A stretch of 64,000 nucleotides of DNA, taken from positions 1-64,000 of the forward strand of contig CDROCS010002618.1 of NCBI GenBank assembly GCA_977020255.1, read 5' to 3'. Every line of letters starts with the position of its first letter. Position 1 is the stretch's first letter. The notes beneath the pieces are model-generated. The model saw only the letters and a program-made list of their open reading frames with translations. It had not been told where the DNA came from and did not search any database. Positions 24,871-37,229 of the stretch are shown here, piece after piece. The position numbers and the translations under genes are program-made. Source of the stretch: Obrimoposthia wandeli. Taxonomy: Eukaryota.

Positions 24871-24960
24871 GTTGTGTCCGGTCTAATCCACACACCCCTC
24901 CCCCTTTGTCCTTTTAAGCCGTACATGTGTGTGGAGTGAAATTTCGTGTAGGTGTGTAGA
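24870..24960. repeat. About 100-bp dispersed repeat (tgtgtccggtctaatccacac-cccctcccc..gtgtgtggagtgaaattt); also at 48551-48660 and 63911-64000
   Basis: Three aligned copies with different flanks at 24.9 kb versus 48.6 kb. Confidence 0.8.
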
Positions 24961-25164
24961 AATATTTTCTACCCCTCCCTCCTCCCAAACACTCAAAAAA
25001 ATAATTAACTCCATATAACACCCTTTACATTTAAAAATCTCATAATGCTCCCAAAATTTTGATTAAGGTCCTGAGAGGCCGTCAAATTAGCCAAAGCGTG
25101 CCCTCCGGGCCCGCGGTGGATCAACGAGTAATACATACAGGCTCGCGAATTTTTTTTTTTTTAT

Positions 25165-25800
25165 TTGGTGAGTCATTAAATTAGTCATCATGACCTGAGA
25201 AAAAATTTTCCTTATAAGAATTTATAAGAAAGATACATATATAGGGCCGCAAAAAATTTTAAATAATAAACTACATAAATTCGAAATAATTTTCATTTTT
25301 ATTTGGTGAGTCATCAAATTAGTCATCATGACCTTAAATGATCTTGACCTCATGATGACCTGTAATGATCTCATAAGGTCATATATAGGGCTGCAAAAAT
25401 TTTAAATAATAAACTACATAAATTCGAAATAATTTTCATTTTTATTTGGTGAGTCATCAAATTAGTCATGATGACCTTAAATGATCTTGACCTCATGATG
25501 ACTTAGACAACTTTGTACCCTTGATCTCATGATGACCTTAAATGACCTTGACCTCATGATGACCTGTAATGATCTCATAAGGTCATATATTTTTAAATAA
25601 TAAACTACATAAATTCGTTATAATTTTCATTTTCTTTCGATTCAACATCAAATTAGTCATGATGACCTTAAATGATCTTGACCTCATGATGACTTAGACA
25701 ACTTTGTACCCTTGATCTCATGATGACCTTAAATGACCTTGACCTCATGATGACCTATAATGATCTCATAAGGTCATGACCTTAACTTGACCTTAAATGA
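25165..25800. promoter_or_regulatory. Repeat array of TGACCT/AGGTCA half-sites and TGAGTCA motifs between divergent PolB and SIM-protein genes
   Basis: TGAGTCA at 25169, 25307 and 25450; DR4+DR0 tgaccttaaatgaccttgacct at 25533-25554; AGGTCATGACCT plus DR5 at 25771-25793. The repeats are certain; regulatory function is inferred. Confidence 0.55.
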
Positions 25801-26142
25801 GTTCATGAATTTTTTTATACCATCCAAACATGTACAGACAAGAAAATATTACTATTTTAAATCTAAAGATATACATGTATTCAAACATCAACAAAATTTA
25901 AGAAAATACCATAAATTCTTTGAATAATACGTTTTCATTGGACGTTAAACTTAAGCAACAAAATCTTAAGAAAATAGTTATATTTTCGAATAAAATATGT
26001 TTTATCCAATGACATTCCAGCATTCAAACATAGTTAAAAAATTGAGAAAAACCTACTGATTTTCAAATAAATTATTTGAATAACCCGCTCTCATTGGACG
26101 ACAAAACAGGGCTAGTCTATTGTTTTTTGTATATAAGGAAAC

Positions 26143-26678
26143 CTCTTTTCATTATTTTTCATAAATCAAAATCAAAACCAAGAATGCCAATTTTCAACAA
26201 CGTTGACCTAGACGAAGAGACGGAGGTTCAACTGTATGGGGATCTATCTCCAGTACAGCAGCGAACGCCACCTCCGGCGCAGTACATTGACTTACTTAGT
26301 CAAGACTCGTCGGTGGTGAGCGAAGGAGACGAAGGAGAAGCAGCAGCAAGAGCGCAGCTGTTACAAGAAGAAGCACCTTTGGCCAGCTCAACTCCAAAAG
26401 AAGAACCAATGAGCGTGCGAGGTGGGGTACAGAGATCCCAATATATCGATCTGACTAGTCAGGATTCGATAGAGAATTGGGAAGACTGTACTCCCAGGCT
26501 GAACACAGAAGCCAATCGTCCGGCAACTTCAGCAGTAACAGCAAGGAGATCCAATCTCTTCGACAATTTTGAGGTGGCAATCAAATGCCCCTGGAAATTG
26601 ATCCCGCTGTCTCAACCAGAGATAATACTGGCATCAGACTCAGACGAGGAGCTGTTTTATCAACAAATGTTTATTTAA
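26143..26678 (+). CDS. Acidic, low-complexity protein with 3-4 candidate SUMO-interacting motifs
   Basis: Intact ORF from ATG 26143: NNVDLDEE, QYIDLLSQDS, QYIDLTSQDS, EIILASDSDEE; GC-richer than its flanks; stop at 26678. Confidence 0.7.
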
Positions 26679-26765
26679 ATATGTATTTTTACAAAAATGA
26701 TTTTGAAGAATAAGAAAGATTAAGATAAGGAAAGGAGGAAGGAAGGAGATGGTGTTAAAGTCAGG

Positions 26766-27287
26766 TTAGTCAATCGTCAGGTCAATTGTCGGTTCCGGTC
26801 TATTTCGTTCCTCCAGGAACAGCATTACCCGCTCCAAGGGCAATGTTGAGAAAAACGGAACGTCGCCAAGGTAAAGCCCCAGTTGCTGGAAGATGTCCAG
26901 ATGTGGGCTTTGGCAGAATTGAGGTGCGCCGGAACTGTGTTGCTCATGGGTGCTGAGCCACACTCTCCAAGCATACTGCCACGAGTGGCGGTCACGGCTA
27001 GACCGCCACACCTCTTGTATGTTGCGCTGTGCATCGCGAAGGCGCATAGGACAAATGAATCATCGGCACCACTCGCCACTGATACAGCTGGTGGATGATC
27101 GTGTGCCCTTTGAACGTCCACGGCAGTGAACTGTCCAGTCTGCGAAGGGTGCTCAGCACATAGGGCAGGTGATATTGTTGGCCGGCCGAGCTTTGGCCCA
27201 CATATACAAACATGTATCGGGATGACGGCACCCGGCAGGGATTGCCGAGGAGTCCCGAATTCTGTTCAGGCACACCGAGTATATCAT
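26766..27287 (-). pseudogene. RING-H2 paralogue C with C-terminal SIM (PTIDLTID), disrupted copy
   Basis: Homologous to 59913..60440; split across ORFs 26998..27273, 26825..27121 and 26766..27047. Confidence 0.75.
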
Positions 27288-27606
27288 ACGCGTAAATGGT
27301 GTATCGGTTAAATCACTTTTTCTATTTGAAATTTATATGATTCTAAACCTTAATATTTTAACCTACCGAACTTTGTCTTTATTTGGGTACGTTTTCACAT
27401 TCTAAGTATATAAAAATTGTCTTTTGGGATTTTCAGTATAATAATTACAATTTAAAATAAACATCATACATAAAAATGGTAAAGGTCATTTACAGTTTCA
27501 TAAGATTATCCAATTCTAATTACAATTTATGTAGATATTTTACCGCGGTATGCGATACACAAATTTAGTTCATGATGTCACGTTTATGTCAAAAAGTTAC
27601 CTTCAA

Positions 27607-27911
27607 TTACTGCTGGCTGTTAGGCTGGCCTGTGCGTCGCTCCTCCACGCAGAACATGCACCAGCAGTCACAGATGTCCTTCCAGCAGTGCGCGATGAGT
27701 ACCACTGCTTGAAGACAATCTCGGTTGTATATGTAGTTTACCGAGAAGGATGCCCTGCACATCGGGCAGGTTGGGAGTCGAAGGGCTTGTTGCTGTTGAC
27801 AACTGGGATCCATGTCTCGAGGCACTGAACTTGGAATTTGTGCCCACAGTTGTTGAGTTTGGAGTAACAGTCCACGATGTCCTCGTAGCATATTGAACAT
27901 TCTCCAGACAT
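27607..27911 (-). pseudogene. RING-H2 paralogue B (one frameshift)
   Basis: MSGECSICYEDIVDCYSKLNNCGHKF..CLETW..[fs]PTCPMCRASF..HCWKDICDCWCMFC. Confidence 0.78.
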
Positions 27912-27969
27912 TGCTGTGAGAGGGGTGATGTTGAATTTGGGCTCGATTGAGGGTTGGTTGTTGTGTGAT

Positions 27970-28270
27970 GTTTACAAAAAGTGGTCGAATCTTGTCGTTC
28001 TGATGTACAGAAAAAACACCAACACTCTCTCAAGTTTTTCCAACAAAATTCCACCTGTACATCAACATCCTCTTGGTTGGGTTCTATTATGATGAACTTT
28101 GTGAATTGTCTTCTGCATACAGGGCAACGAGGGTATGTTGGATGGGGGAACTCTCCATAAGTTCTGATCCATTTTGATAAACATTGCTCGTGGTGTAGGT
28201 GGTTGCAGGTATTGGGTCTTGTTCTTCGTTCGGGTATATCTTCCAAACATATTGAACATTCCTCAGACAT
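27970..28270 (-). CDS. RING-H2 paralogue A (ORF track 27668..28270 reads through into paralogue B sequence)
   Basis: MSEECSICLEDIPERRTRPNTCNHLHHEQCLSKW..YPRCPVCRRQF..FCWKNLRECWCFFC: C3H2C3 spacing with the conserved Trp. Confidence 0.82.
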
Positions 28271-28398
28271 TCTAAATACATGATGACAATTAATTTCTAC
28301 ATGACTTTTACATAATTCTACACTTTTTGTACACTCACTTCTACGATATTTCTACATATTTTTACACACTAATTTATTCTACAACCTCCTCTGACTTG

Positions 28399-29035
28399 TC
28401 ATGTCTTGATGGGAGGCGGAGGTAAGGGTCGCAATTCCACTTCCTCCATCATGGGTGTGTTACAGCATCGTAGCTCTTTGCATCTTCGCCATATCCTTGG
28501 ATATATCTGACTGCCTTTCACGCACACGACTGTCAGTAGAAATACTGCAGTTGAAACTACAGCCATTACGATTAAAGCATTGACTGGTGTTATTCTGCTG
28601 TCTGAGGATTGATAATCGTACTTTCTTTTGATGTTTTTCGGTTTGGATGGCGTTTCATGTAGTGCTGTTCGGTTTCCGTGTATGATGTCCGATTTTTTAA
28701 TAAATCGCGGAATTGGATTTTTTGTTTTTTGTCTAAAGGGTATTATTATTCGAGATTTGAAATCCAGTGGAATCGTTCCCTTCACTCTTCTCCTCTCGAT
28801 AATTGTGCTTTAGTTTCTGGAATTGGGCTTTCTTCCTTTCACCTTTGCCTTCTTTGTGATTGTGTTTGGTTTCCCGGAATGGAATTTCCTGGGTCTGATC
28901 AGTTTTACGTCGTTTACCTGTGACCATAATTCTGTCAATAACTTTCCAGATGCGCTCATCGTTAGGCAATATTACTGATTTTGTTTGGATAACTTGGATA
29001 ATCCGTTTCCTTTTAGATATTGTTATTCTGGTTGT
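28399..29035 (-). pseudogene. Internally deleted 3' part of the type-I membrane protein (full copy at 46159..47607)
   Basis: Shares ILPNDERIWKVIDRIM, the TM segment VNALIVMAVVSTAVFLLTVVCV and tail RPLPPPPIKT. Confidence 0.75.
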
Positions 29036-29499
29036 TTCTATAAGAGCAAAAAAAGATAAATACAGTTTTGTTGACGAAGTGCATAATATTTAATTCAAAA
29101 TGAAATTAAATAAAATGAAATTATGAGATTAATTTTAAAAACGTCTGCGTACTTCTAAAAATAACGTAATTTTAAAATATATATTCATTTGTATTCTCAC
29201 AAACTTGTATTTAACAAATAAAACGATTCCCAGACGCAAAAGAATTTTAAATTCTGAGAAGTATAGAATGCATATAGTGTTAAGAATACAATTTCAGTTT
29301 ATTGTAATAATTTAATTTTCATAATCTATATTTGTTTAACTGTGTTGTTTTGCATCAGTTCAAGGACTTTATCATTCAAAATTGTGATTTGAAGAAATTT
29401 AGTTCAATACTTCCTTATTTTATTTTTTTCCATCTTTTCAAATTTCTTAATTTTCTAACTAAATAATTTAGCCACATTTTACTGAATCAAAAATTGAAG

Positions 29500-32400
29500 A
29501 TGGATGCTGAGTATGTTTATTTTGTTTTAGCTGTGTGTTCTTTCCTTATTTAATTTGAGTGGTTCTGTTATTGCGGAGCTGGGGGAATATTGTCCAGATT
29601 CGACAAATTCCGTGCCGCAGTCTTTGGAGGCGAATTTGAGGAGGTTCGCAGATTGTACCAGCAGCAGTTCTGCGACAGAAAGAACAAATTGGTAAATGAT
29701 CTCTGCAGTTGACGCTCATGCCGCATTTATTCAGGGTTGGACGGCCTTGATGATGGCGGCCTTTGGAGGTCATCTCCCAATAGTGAAATATTTGGTGGAC
29801 GAAGGTGCAGATTTGAAGGTGAAGGATGATGGGGTAAATGATCTCTGCAGTTGACGCTCATGCCGCATTTATTCTCCCTTGATGGTGGCACTGTGAAATA
29901 TTTGGTGGACAGGTGCAGATTTGAAGGTGAAGCTCAATTCAGAATGGAGAGACTTCACTGCATTGGGCATCATTCCGGGGTCACTCTGAGGTCGTCCGTT
30001 ATTTGATCGAGAGCGGCGCTGATATCGCTGCAGTTGACAAAGTTGGTGATTTATTTACGTATCGCGATGAACTCATTCAGGATGGTGAAACAGCGCTGCA
30101 ATTGGCACAGAACAAGAACCAGAAAACATGTACAAAGATTCTAGAAGAAGCCGCACAGAAGAAGAAGAAGGAGAAGAAGAAGGTGAATGCGCCGATTTGT
30201 CTGTGATCCTCCAGAACATTTTCCATTCCTCGGGAATTCGATCTGCAGTTTATCGGTATAGAAATCGGCATTATCCCTCATCCGATGTTGTGCAGATCCG
30301 CTGCGCTCGGGACGACGACCTGGCCCAGTTCCAGAAGATCTTCCCCGCTGAGTACCTCGAGGTCGCGGACGCGCAGGTGGGCAGGGATAATCACCGCGGT
30401 AGCTGCACCGTTCTTCCCCCTCGAGATCCGATTGTCATTTTCTCTGGGTTGAGTCGTGATGCTCCACACTTGCCGAGGTCGAATCCGCATACATTATGTA
30501 AAGATTTCGCTGCAGATGATCCCTGGTAGTAAATACGGCCATGTGTAGCTGAGAAGCCAACGAAGGGTCTTCAGAATATGGCTCAGTTGAATGAGGGAGG
30601 AACTTTGGCCGATTTGAAATTTACCAATGGAAGAAAGAAACCTTGACTTGCCATCCAAATCTGGGCTGTGTTGGTTCTTGTTCGTATCGACGAATGCCGC
30701 ATTTGTCTCATTCTCTGGAGCTTGGATTCTGCAAGAAGATCTTCCTCTACCACTTCTAGAATAGTCTGCTGTCAACAGAATAATATCGAAAATTTATTTA
30801 GTTTATGACTTACAAACAGAAATTTGTTATAAGAATCTTTTTATCAATCATTTTAAAGGTTTTCTCAAATTCAGTCTGGAGACTTTTTTGTGGACGTCCT
30901 TGTCAAGAATGGCTCTACCAAGATTCTGGACTTCATCCGGTCTCAGTTCGTCACCAAGGAGGAGATGAAACAGTTCCAGGAAATGAGGAAGAAGACCAAA
31001 TCGAATAATCAGATTAGAATGACCCATGAAGTAATAACAACGAATTCGGTGACCCTGATAATTTTGATTTAGAGTCTTCTTTTCAGAGCAATCACTCACG
31101 GAATAATCGGACCCTTTGAGAAATGCTACGACCTATCTCTGATAAACTCCAAAACCCTTTTCGTGAGTGATCCCTCCTCAATTTGCATTATAACTCCAAA
31201 TAGAACGGCAAATGCGCGCTGCAACTGGCGATTGATTACGGATCCCGACTGATGACCAAGTTCATTATGAAGGGTCTCATTGATCAAGACGATGTTCGTT
31301 TCTCTTCTGAGGTTTATTAATGCATTTTAGTGGCTCCAATTAAGATTTGACACCGAAAGTGAAGATGGCAAAAGAATTCACAATTCCGTGATGAAGAGAA
31401 TAGAAAAGTTGGAAAAACGATTTAAAGTTTGATTGTATTATTGTCCGAGTTTACCTCGTCTCAGATGGGATTTTCCCGACTCCACATTGCCATCATGGAT
31501 AATAGGCCAGATGTGGCTCAGTATTTGTTAAATGGCGGTACATGCAAAGTTGACGACGGCTACGAGGTGATATTTGGGTCAATGAACTCTCATTAATTAT
31601 CATTTCTGGCGTAGACCATTGGCAGTGCCATTTACCACTCCCTTGAGCGAGGAAGCGATGAATGCTTCGACTCTCTTCTGCAGTATTCTCCCAAGCTGGA
31701 CTTTGTGAATAAGGTAAATATGGGTACGTAAGCTCGCATTACTGAGAATCCAGTTCGGTCAGAATTTGCTGCACGTGGCGATTGCGGGAGACGTGAAAGA
31801 AGACTGTTGCAGATATCTCGTAGACCAAATGACGGAGCTTGACCAGGTCGACTTTGTAAGTGTTATGGTGGTGGTGAGGCCGCGTTGACTGTGTCGTCTC
31901 TAGATAGGTCTGGCTGCGATCCACAGAGCTGTGCTGGCAGAGAACGAGGAGCTCTGTGCGGCTCTGGCGGAGAAGACAAGCAACTGGAACACGGCAATCA
32001 AGGTGGGGCCGATCTGTATTTCTCCACCATTTCACAATCATTAAGTTTACCATTTTATCCCTTTAGTGTTCATTCATTCAATTAATTTATCGATGTTGCC
32101 GAGCGAAATTGTGATTGTTCAAATATTATGTCAGTTTCCCATATTTTATTTTTTACAAATTATCGCTCTCTTGAGTAGGTAGAGATATCGATTCTCCCCA
32201 TTTCTCAGCCCCTGATCGAGGATCTCCACACTGCCCAAAATGAGCTGGCCACATTTCCCATCCCGCGACCGCCAGCTCTGAAATTTGAGGCCTGCAAGGA
32301 TCTGCCGCCGAGGCTGCTCTCTAAACTGACGACTCGCGAGAACGCGGTCACCCTCAACATCAAGGAGTTTGGCACCATATTTGACTGCTTCAGTAGCAAA

Positions 32401-33830
32401 CTGACACCAGACGATCTGGCTTTTGTGGACGGTCGTGGAAGTACGGTTGTTCATTTAGTCGCCGCGAGTTTGAATGCGGAATTGTGCGAGAATCTGTTGG
32501 CTGTGTCGATCGCGACCCTGAATCAGGACAATGACGATGGAAATACTCCCCTCATGGAGGTCATTGCAATACTGAAATGTTCAGTGAGCCCCCAAGTAAC
32601 ACGATGCATGTACTCCAGTAATTTGTTCATTCAGATACCCGAGACTGCGGTAGAGACCATCAGAATATTAGTGCAGTACGGATCCGATATCGGAGCCAAA
32701 TATAAAAGTGGCTGTACCATTTTCCACGAAGCCCTCAAATTGAGAAACGAAGAGTAATTTTATTGGTGACTTACTTCATTGTATTCCTTCAGGATCGGTC
32801 TGGCTCTGATGCAGTCAGATTTGGCCATAGCATTGATAACCAAGGATGTCTTTATGTTGTGTGCTGGAAATGGCTTCTTTACATTAATAGAGGGAGCTCT
32901 ACCTCGCATGAAGCATTCGCACATTTCAGCTATTCTCACTGAAGATGTTTACAGACTCATATTTGAATCGGTGCCCTTCAATACTCTCAGCAAGATGTAT
33001 ATGTACACTGAGGTTGAGGTAAAGCAGCAGCTGATGGACAAGTTTCTATTTGTAGCTTATGAGAATGGGGACGCGAAATTTATGGAGCAACTGATGAATT
33101 TGGCCGTCACTGATTGGAACGTTCTCCCAACGGGCGATACGATATTGACGTATCTGATAAGGAAAAGAGACGTGAAATATTGTGCAGATTTGTTGGATGT
33201 CAAGGGAGCAAAACGCCTGGTAAATAAATTGGATACCAGCCATCGTACGGCCATTCACGTTGCTCTAATTGAAGACGTTCCGGAGATAATTCTTCATCTC
33301 TTGCGATATACTACTGACATTAACGCAGTAGATGAAAATGGAGATCCCGCAATTGTCTTGTTAATGAAGAAGTTGAACCAGAATAAGAAGGTATTTTACC
33401 CGAGCTTTTTTGTTATTTTAAATCTCTCTAGACTGAAGAAACTGGACAGATAATGCAGCTAATTTACAGCTTCATAGAAAAAGGAGCGACGATAGACCGA
33501 GTGAATGAGAGAACCGGCAAGTCCCCGATTTGTTTGTGCATTGACAAAGCGAAGCGATCAAAAATTGAAATGTACAACAATGAAATCCACAAAGCGACAA
33601 TTGAGCCCATGGCCGTGGTAGAAGGAGCTTCAGCTTCACCATCATTTGTAATTTATTGACCAGATAATTGATTCTATATCCTCATTTAGATCTGCGGGAT
33701 TTGTGATACAAACCTGAAGGACTGCGTGCTGGAGTGCGGCCACACGTTATGTATGACTTGTGGAGGACGGCTCAGCGTCTGTCCGTTCTGCAGAGCTGCT
33801 CCTGCTAACCCCAGAAAGCTGCAGATTTAG
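29500..33830 (+). CDS. Host multi-exon ankyrin-repeat protein with C-terminal RING finger (Mind bomb/XBAT-like E3 architecture)
   Basis: Exons such as GWTALMMAAFGGHLPIVKYLVDEGAD, GETSLHWASFRGHSEVVRYLIESGAD, FGQNLLHVAIAG, RTAIHVALIED, separated by mostly 32-55 nt GT-AG introns; last exon CGICDTNLKDCVLECGHTLCMTCGGRLSVCPFCR* ending 33830. Exact exon model approximate. Confidence 0.8.
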
Positions 33831-35629
33831 ACTCTCAATAGTGATTTTTACAATAGTTAGCTGATTCACATGATTCTGATTTTCAATAAAGTATCGGACT
33901 GTTATCTGCGTTCTGTTTATTTCGTTGAGTGAATGTTTTTATATTACACAGACAGTACAAAACGACAATAAAATAAATTCAATAAAGAGTAAAAATCACA
34001 GAAACCTTTTATTGGTCTTCTAACGACCTTACAGACATTTGATCATGGTTGAAGAAACAACAATCGGGCTCATCAAAATAACAAACTATTCTCAATTTCT
34101 TACCCTAATTTTCCATTCCATATTTAGCGCATTTGCAGAAAATTTCGGTTATTCTTACATTAATTATGCGAGAATTAGCTCGTTTTAAATTATTACTTGC
34201 TCATTTTATTTGTACTTCGCGTTAAAATCTTCACCTTTTCATGAAATAATTGAAATAGTCACAAAACAAGAACTATATACAACAACATTCACATAAAAAC
34301 CTATAAAATTACAAATCAAATTAAGATGACAGGAAATATAAAAAGTCAGTCAATTTCTAAAACGACAAAAATTATATCGTACACATCCTTCAATTCAAGC
34401 TTTGAAATGATATTAATAAACAAAAATACTCATACAATAAAAAGGAAATAGAACTCATAATAACAATATTGCAGTCAATATCATATTGTAAACTGTATTG
34501 AAATTTTTTATCGTGAAAGTCTCATATAGTTAACGTAAATTTTAGAAATACTTTCGTTATATAGGTGTAATATATAAAAATACAACAAATCCTGTCTTCG
34601 AATAATGATCTTTAATTTATTCCAAAATATATCCAAACCTGTGTCTTTACCAACAAAATTACAGCAGTTTATTAACGATGGAAGAGAGATAAGGAAGTCT
34701 AGCAAATGTGTATGCAAAAAAACATGCCTGCGTTTTTCAGGTCAGAGTCACCATGCTTAGAGTGATCGTGTCATGCAATTGAAGAAGGAATAACAGTTTT
34801 TGAGAAGCAGAGCGAAACCCGCGAGAGGGGACAGAGCAGCATCATCCTCGAGTGGCGTAGGGCGCCGAGACAGTGGTAAAGAACCAGCAGGACGGCAGCA
34901 GGGAAAATCCCACCTGTCAGATTCGAACCGATTGAACTGCTTTGGAGATAACATAGTTAGAAATCCCCACAGCAATTGGGCTGCCAGACGAGACAGATCT
35001 GAAAAATGCACTGGCAATTGCCGGCCCTGCACACACACATATATGCATAAGACTGAGAGTAGGTGAGTGAGTAAAGAGGTGAATATATGTGAGTGGGTGT
35101 AAGTAATGTTTGCTGTGTATGTGTGTTGTGGTTTGTGTATGTATGCATATTGTTACCATGTGTCGATGCTGTTTGTCGGCACATGACAGGGGGGAAATCC
35201 TCTCTCCTTATCTCTGACTTCTCGGGAATTTTGCCCACCGCGAAGTCAGAAATAAACTTGCCGTCACCCTGATGAATATTAATAATATTAAAAGTATATT
35301 AACATTGAAAAAGCCAAACATACCTCCTGAATTTTATAAGTTATTAAAATATCAATCTAAATCATATGCTGCAGAAAGAAGCTTTCTCGATAAAAGAAAT
35401 TGGTCAGACATAATCGGAAATTTGTTACAAAATTTTTATAGTTAAAAAACAATCATTTTACACAAAACGTTTGTACTTTAGAATTCTAATTTTGTACTTT
35501 AGAAATAAAATTTTACACAGAACTTTTACACTTTAGAAAAGACAAATTGGATACAAATATTTGTTTAACCAAAGAGAAAAATTAGGTACAATAAATTTGT
35601 GACATATAAATTCAAACATACAAAAACAA

Positions 35630-35815
35630 TCATTCAAGTGAAAAAACATCTGGATATCGGTGATGTCCATAGGCAACTGACCGGTTTTTCTCTACCCATT
35701 TTCTCTTATCGTCATTGCTACTCAATGTGGTCTTACTCATATTTACGGTATAGAGCTGGTGATTAATTGAACTAATGCGTTGTTGTTGCATATACGATGA
35801 ATTTGTTCCTTGAAT
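35630..35815 (-). mobile_element. polB: Extreme C-terminus of another Maverick PolB
   Basis: QQRISSINHQLYTVNMSKTTLSSNDDKRKWVEKNRSVAYGHH matches the HQLYT..KxxLSxxDDKR..AYGH terminus. Confidence 0.75.
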
Positions 35816-37229
35816 GAAGTTGACGAAGAAGAAGAAAAGTAAGAAAATTAAGAAAGCCGCTGTGACAAAATAAATAAAGGAGAACAAGCCAGCCAACATC
35901 ACAAGTGGATCATTTCAGTATCAGCCAAATAGAGCAGCCAAAGAGTTTACTGAGACAGAGATGAAATTCAACGAGAACTACCAAAGAAAGTTTGAGGAGC
36001 ACCACAGAACTGTGAGAGAACCGTCATACAAAGACAAATCTGCGAATTCAATAGCAAACTCGATGCTCTGAGCGAACATTTTGATGTGCCAAAAGTGTCT
36101 TGGACCAAATAATCTCTGATCGGCCATTTTGTTTCTGACTTTAGCACGTTCATTTCTAATACAAATTGTTTATATAGATTGTTTTGAGTGCTTTCAGTTA
36201 TTTCATTCTTGAGTTATGCGGGGAAATGTGGTGTTAATTCAGTTCGCAGTACATAAAATACCTTCAACATCGTAGAGTTTCTTTATATATTTACATATAT
36301 CAATGTTTAGATTATCTGATTAGTTGACAGAAATTAAATAGAATTTCAGTTTGGAATATTTTTGAGAAGTTTTAAATCTCATTTGAGCAAATTTTATCAT
36401 AAATATAGAAAAGCCAAGTAAACAATCTTTTAACAGGACTTGAGTTTTCACTGTCTAAAATTTGATTTAAATTCGGTCACATCAAAATTATTATGGAATT
36501 TTAATTTATCAAACGATTTTAATCTAGATTTTTAAAAGTTTACATATTTTATTTTTTTATATACTAAGACTATTGTAGGTCTAAAATCTTTGTATGATTT
36601 AAATATTTGTAATTAACTTGAAATAATTTACAAAACGTTTTATCAAACATATCTTTTAATTATCGTTCATATTAAATTATTAAAAATCTGATGTATTTAG
36701 GGCACTGTACTAATTTATTATTAAACTTGGTGTTTTTGGATATAACATTATATCTACAATCTAACCTATCAAAATACAAAAGCATCTTATTTTGAACTGG
36801 ATAGTTTACTTTACTGAATAGTCACCCGTACTGGACTATCGGTCGGCACTGATAAATTGGTTTGTCGACTGTAATCGTTCTCAACTTGTCCTCGTAACTC
36901 ATCAAATAAGTCAATAAACTTTCTATTGTTTTTACAAGTTTTAACTTATTAACTTGAAGGCTGTTGTAGTAGAGGATTAAGTCAGATACGTAATGATGTA
37001 GCATTGAGTTGCATATTGTGTAATCCAATTTAATATAAATACTTTGCTGAGTAATGATGTTTGTCACACATATATATTTAGTATTTTAGTACGTGTTAGA
37101 ACTTTTTAAAATAAAATACACAAAGTACTATTTTATTTTAATTATTTTAATTATATATTTTACAAAATGGTGAATGTAGACCGTGGAAGATTACAACAAG
37201 CCTTTAGACTTGAACTAATATCCTTAGTA

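Noticed and set aside
34757-35238. Overlapping ORFs in a GC-richer patch
   Set aside because: No domain recognised; includes CA-rich low complexity.
36822-37067. Possible LINE remnant (KLDYTICNSML resembling RLDYCNSL)
   Set aside because: Similarity limited to a few residues.
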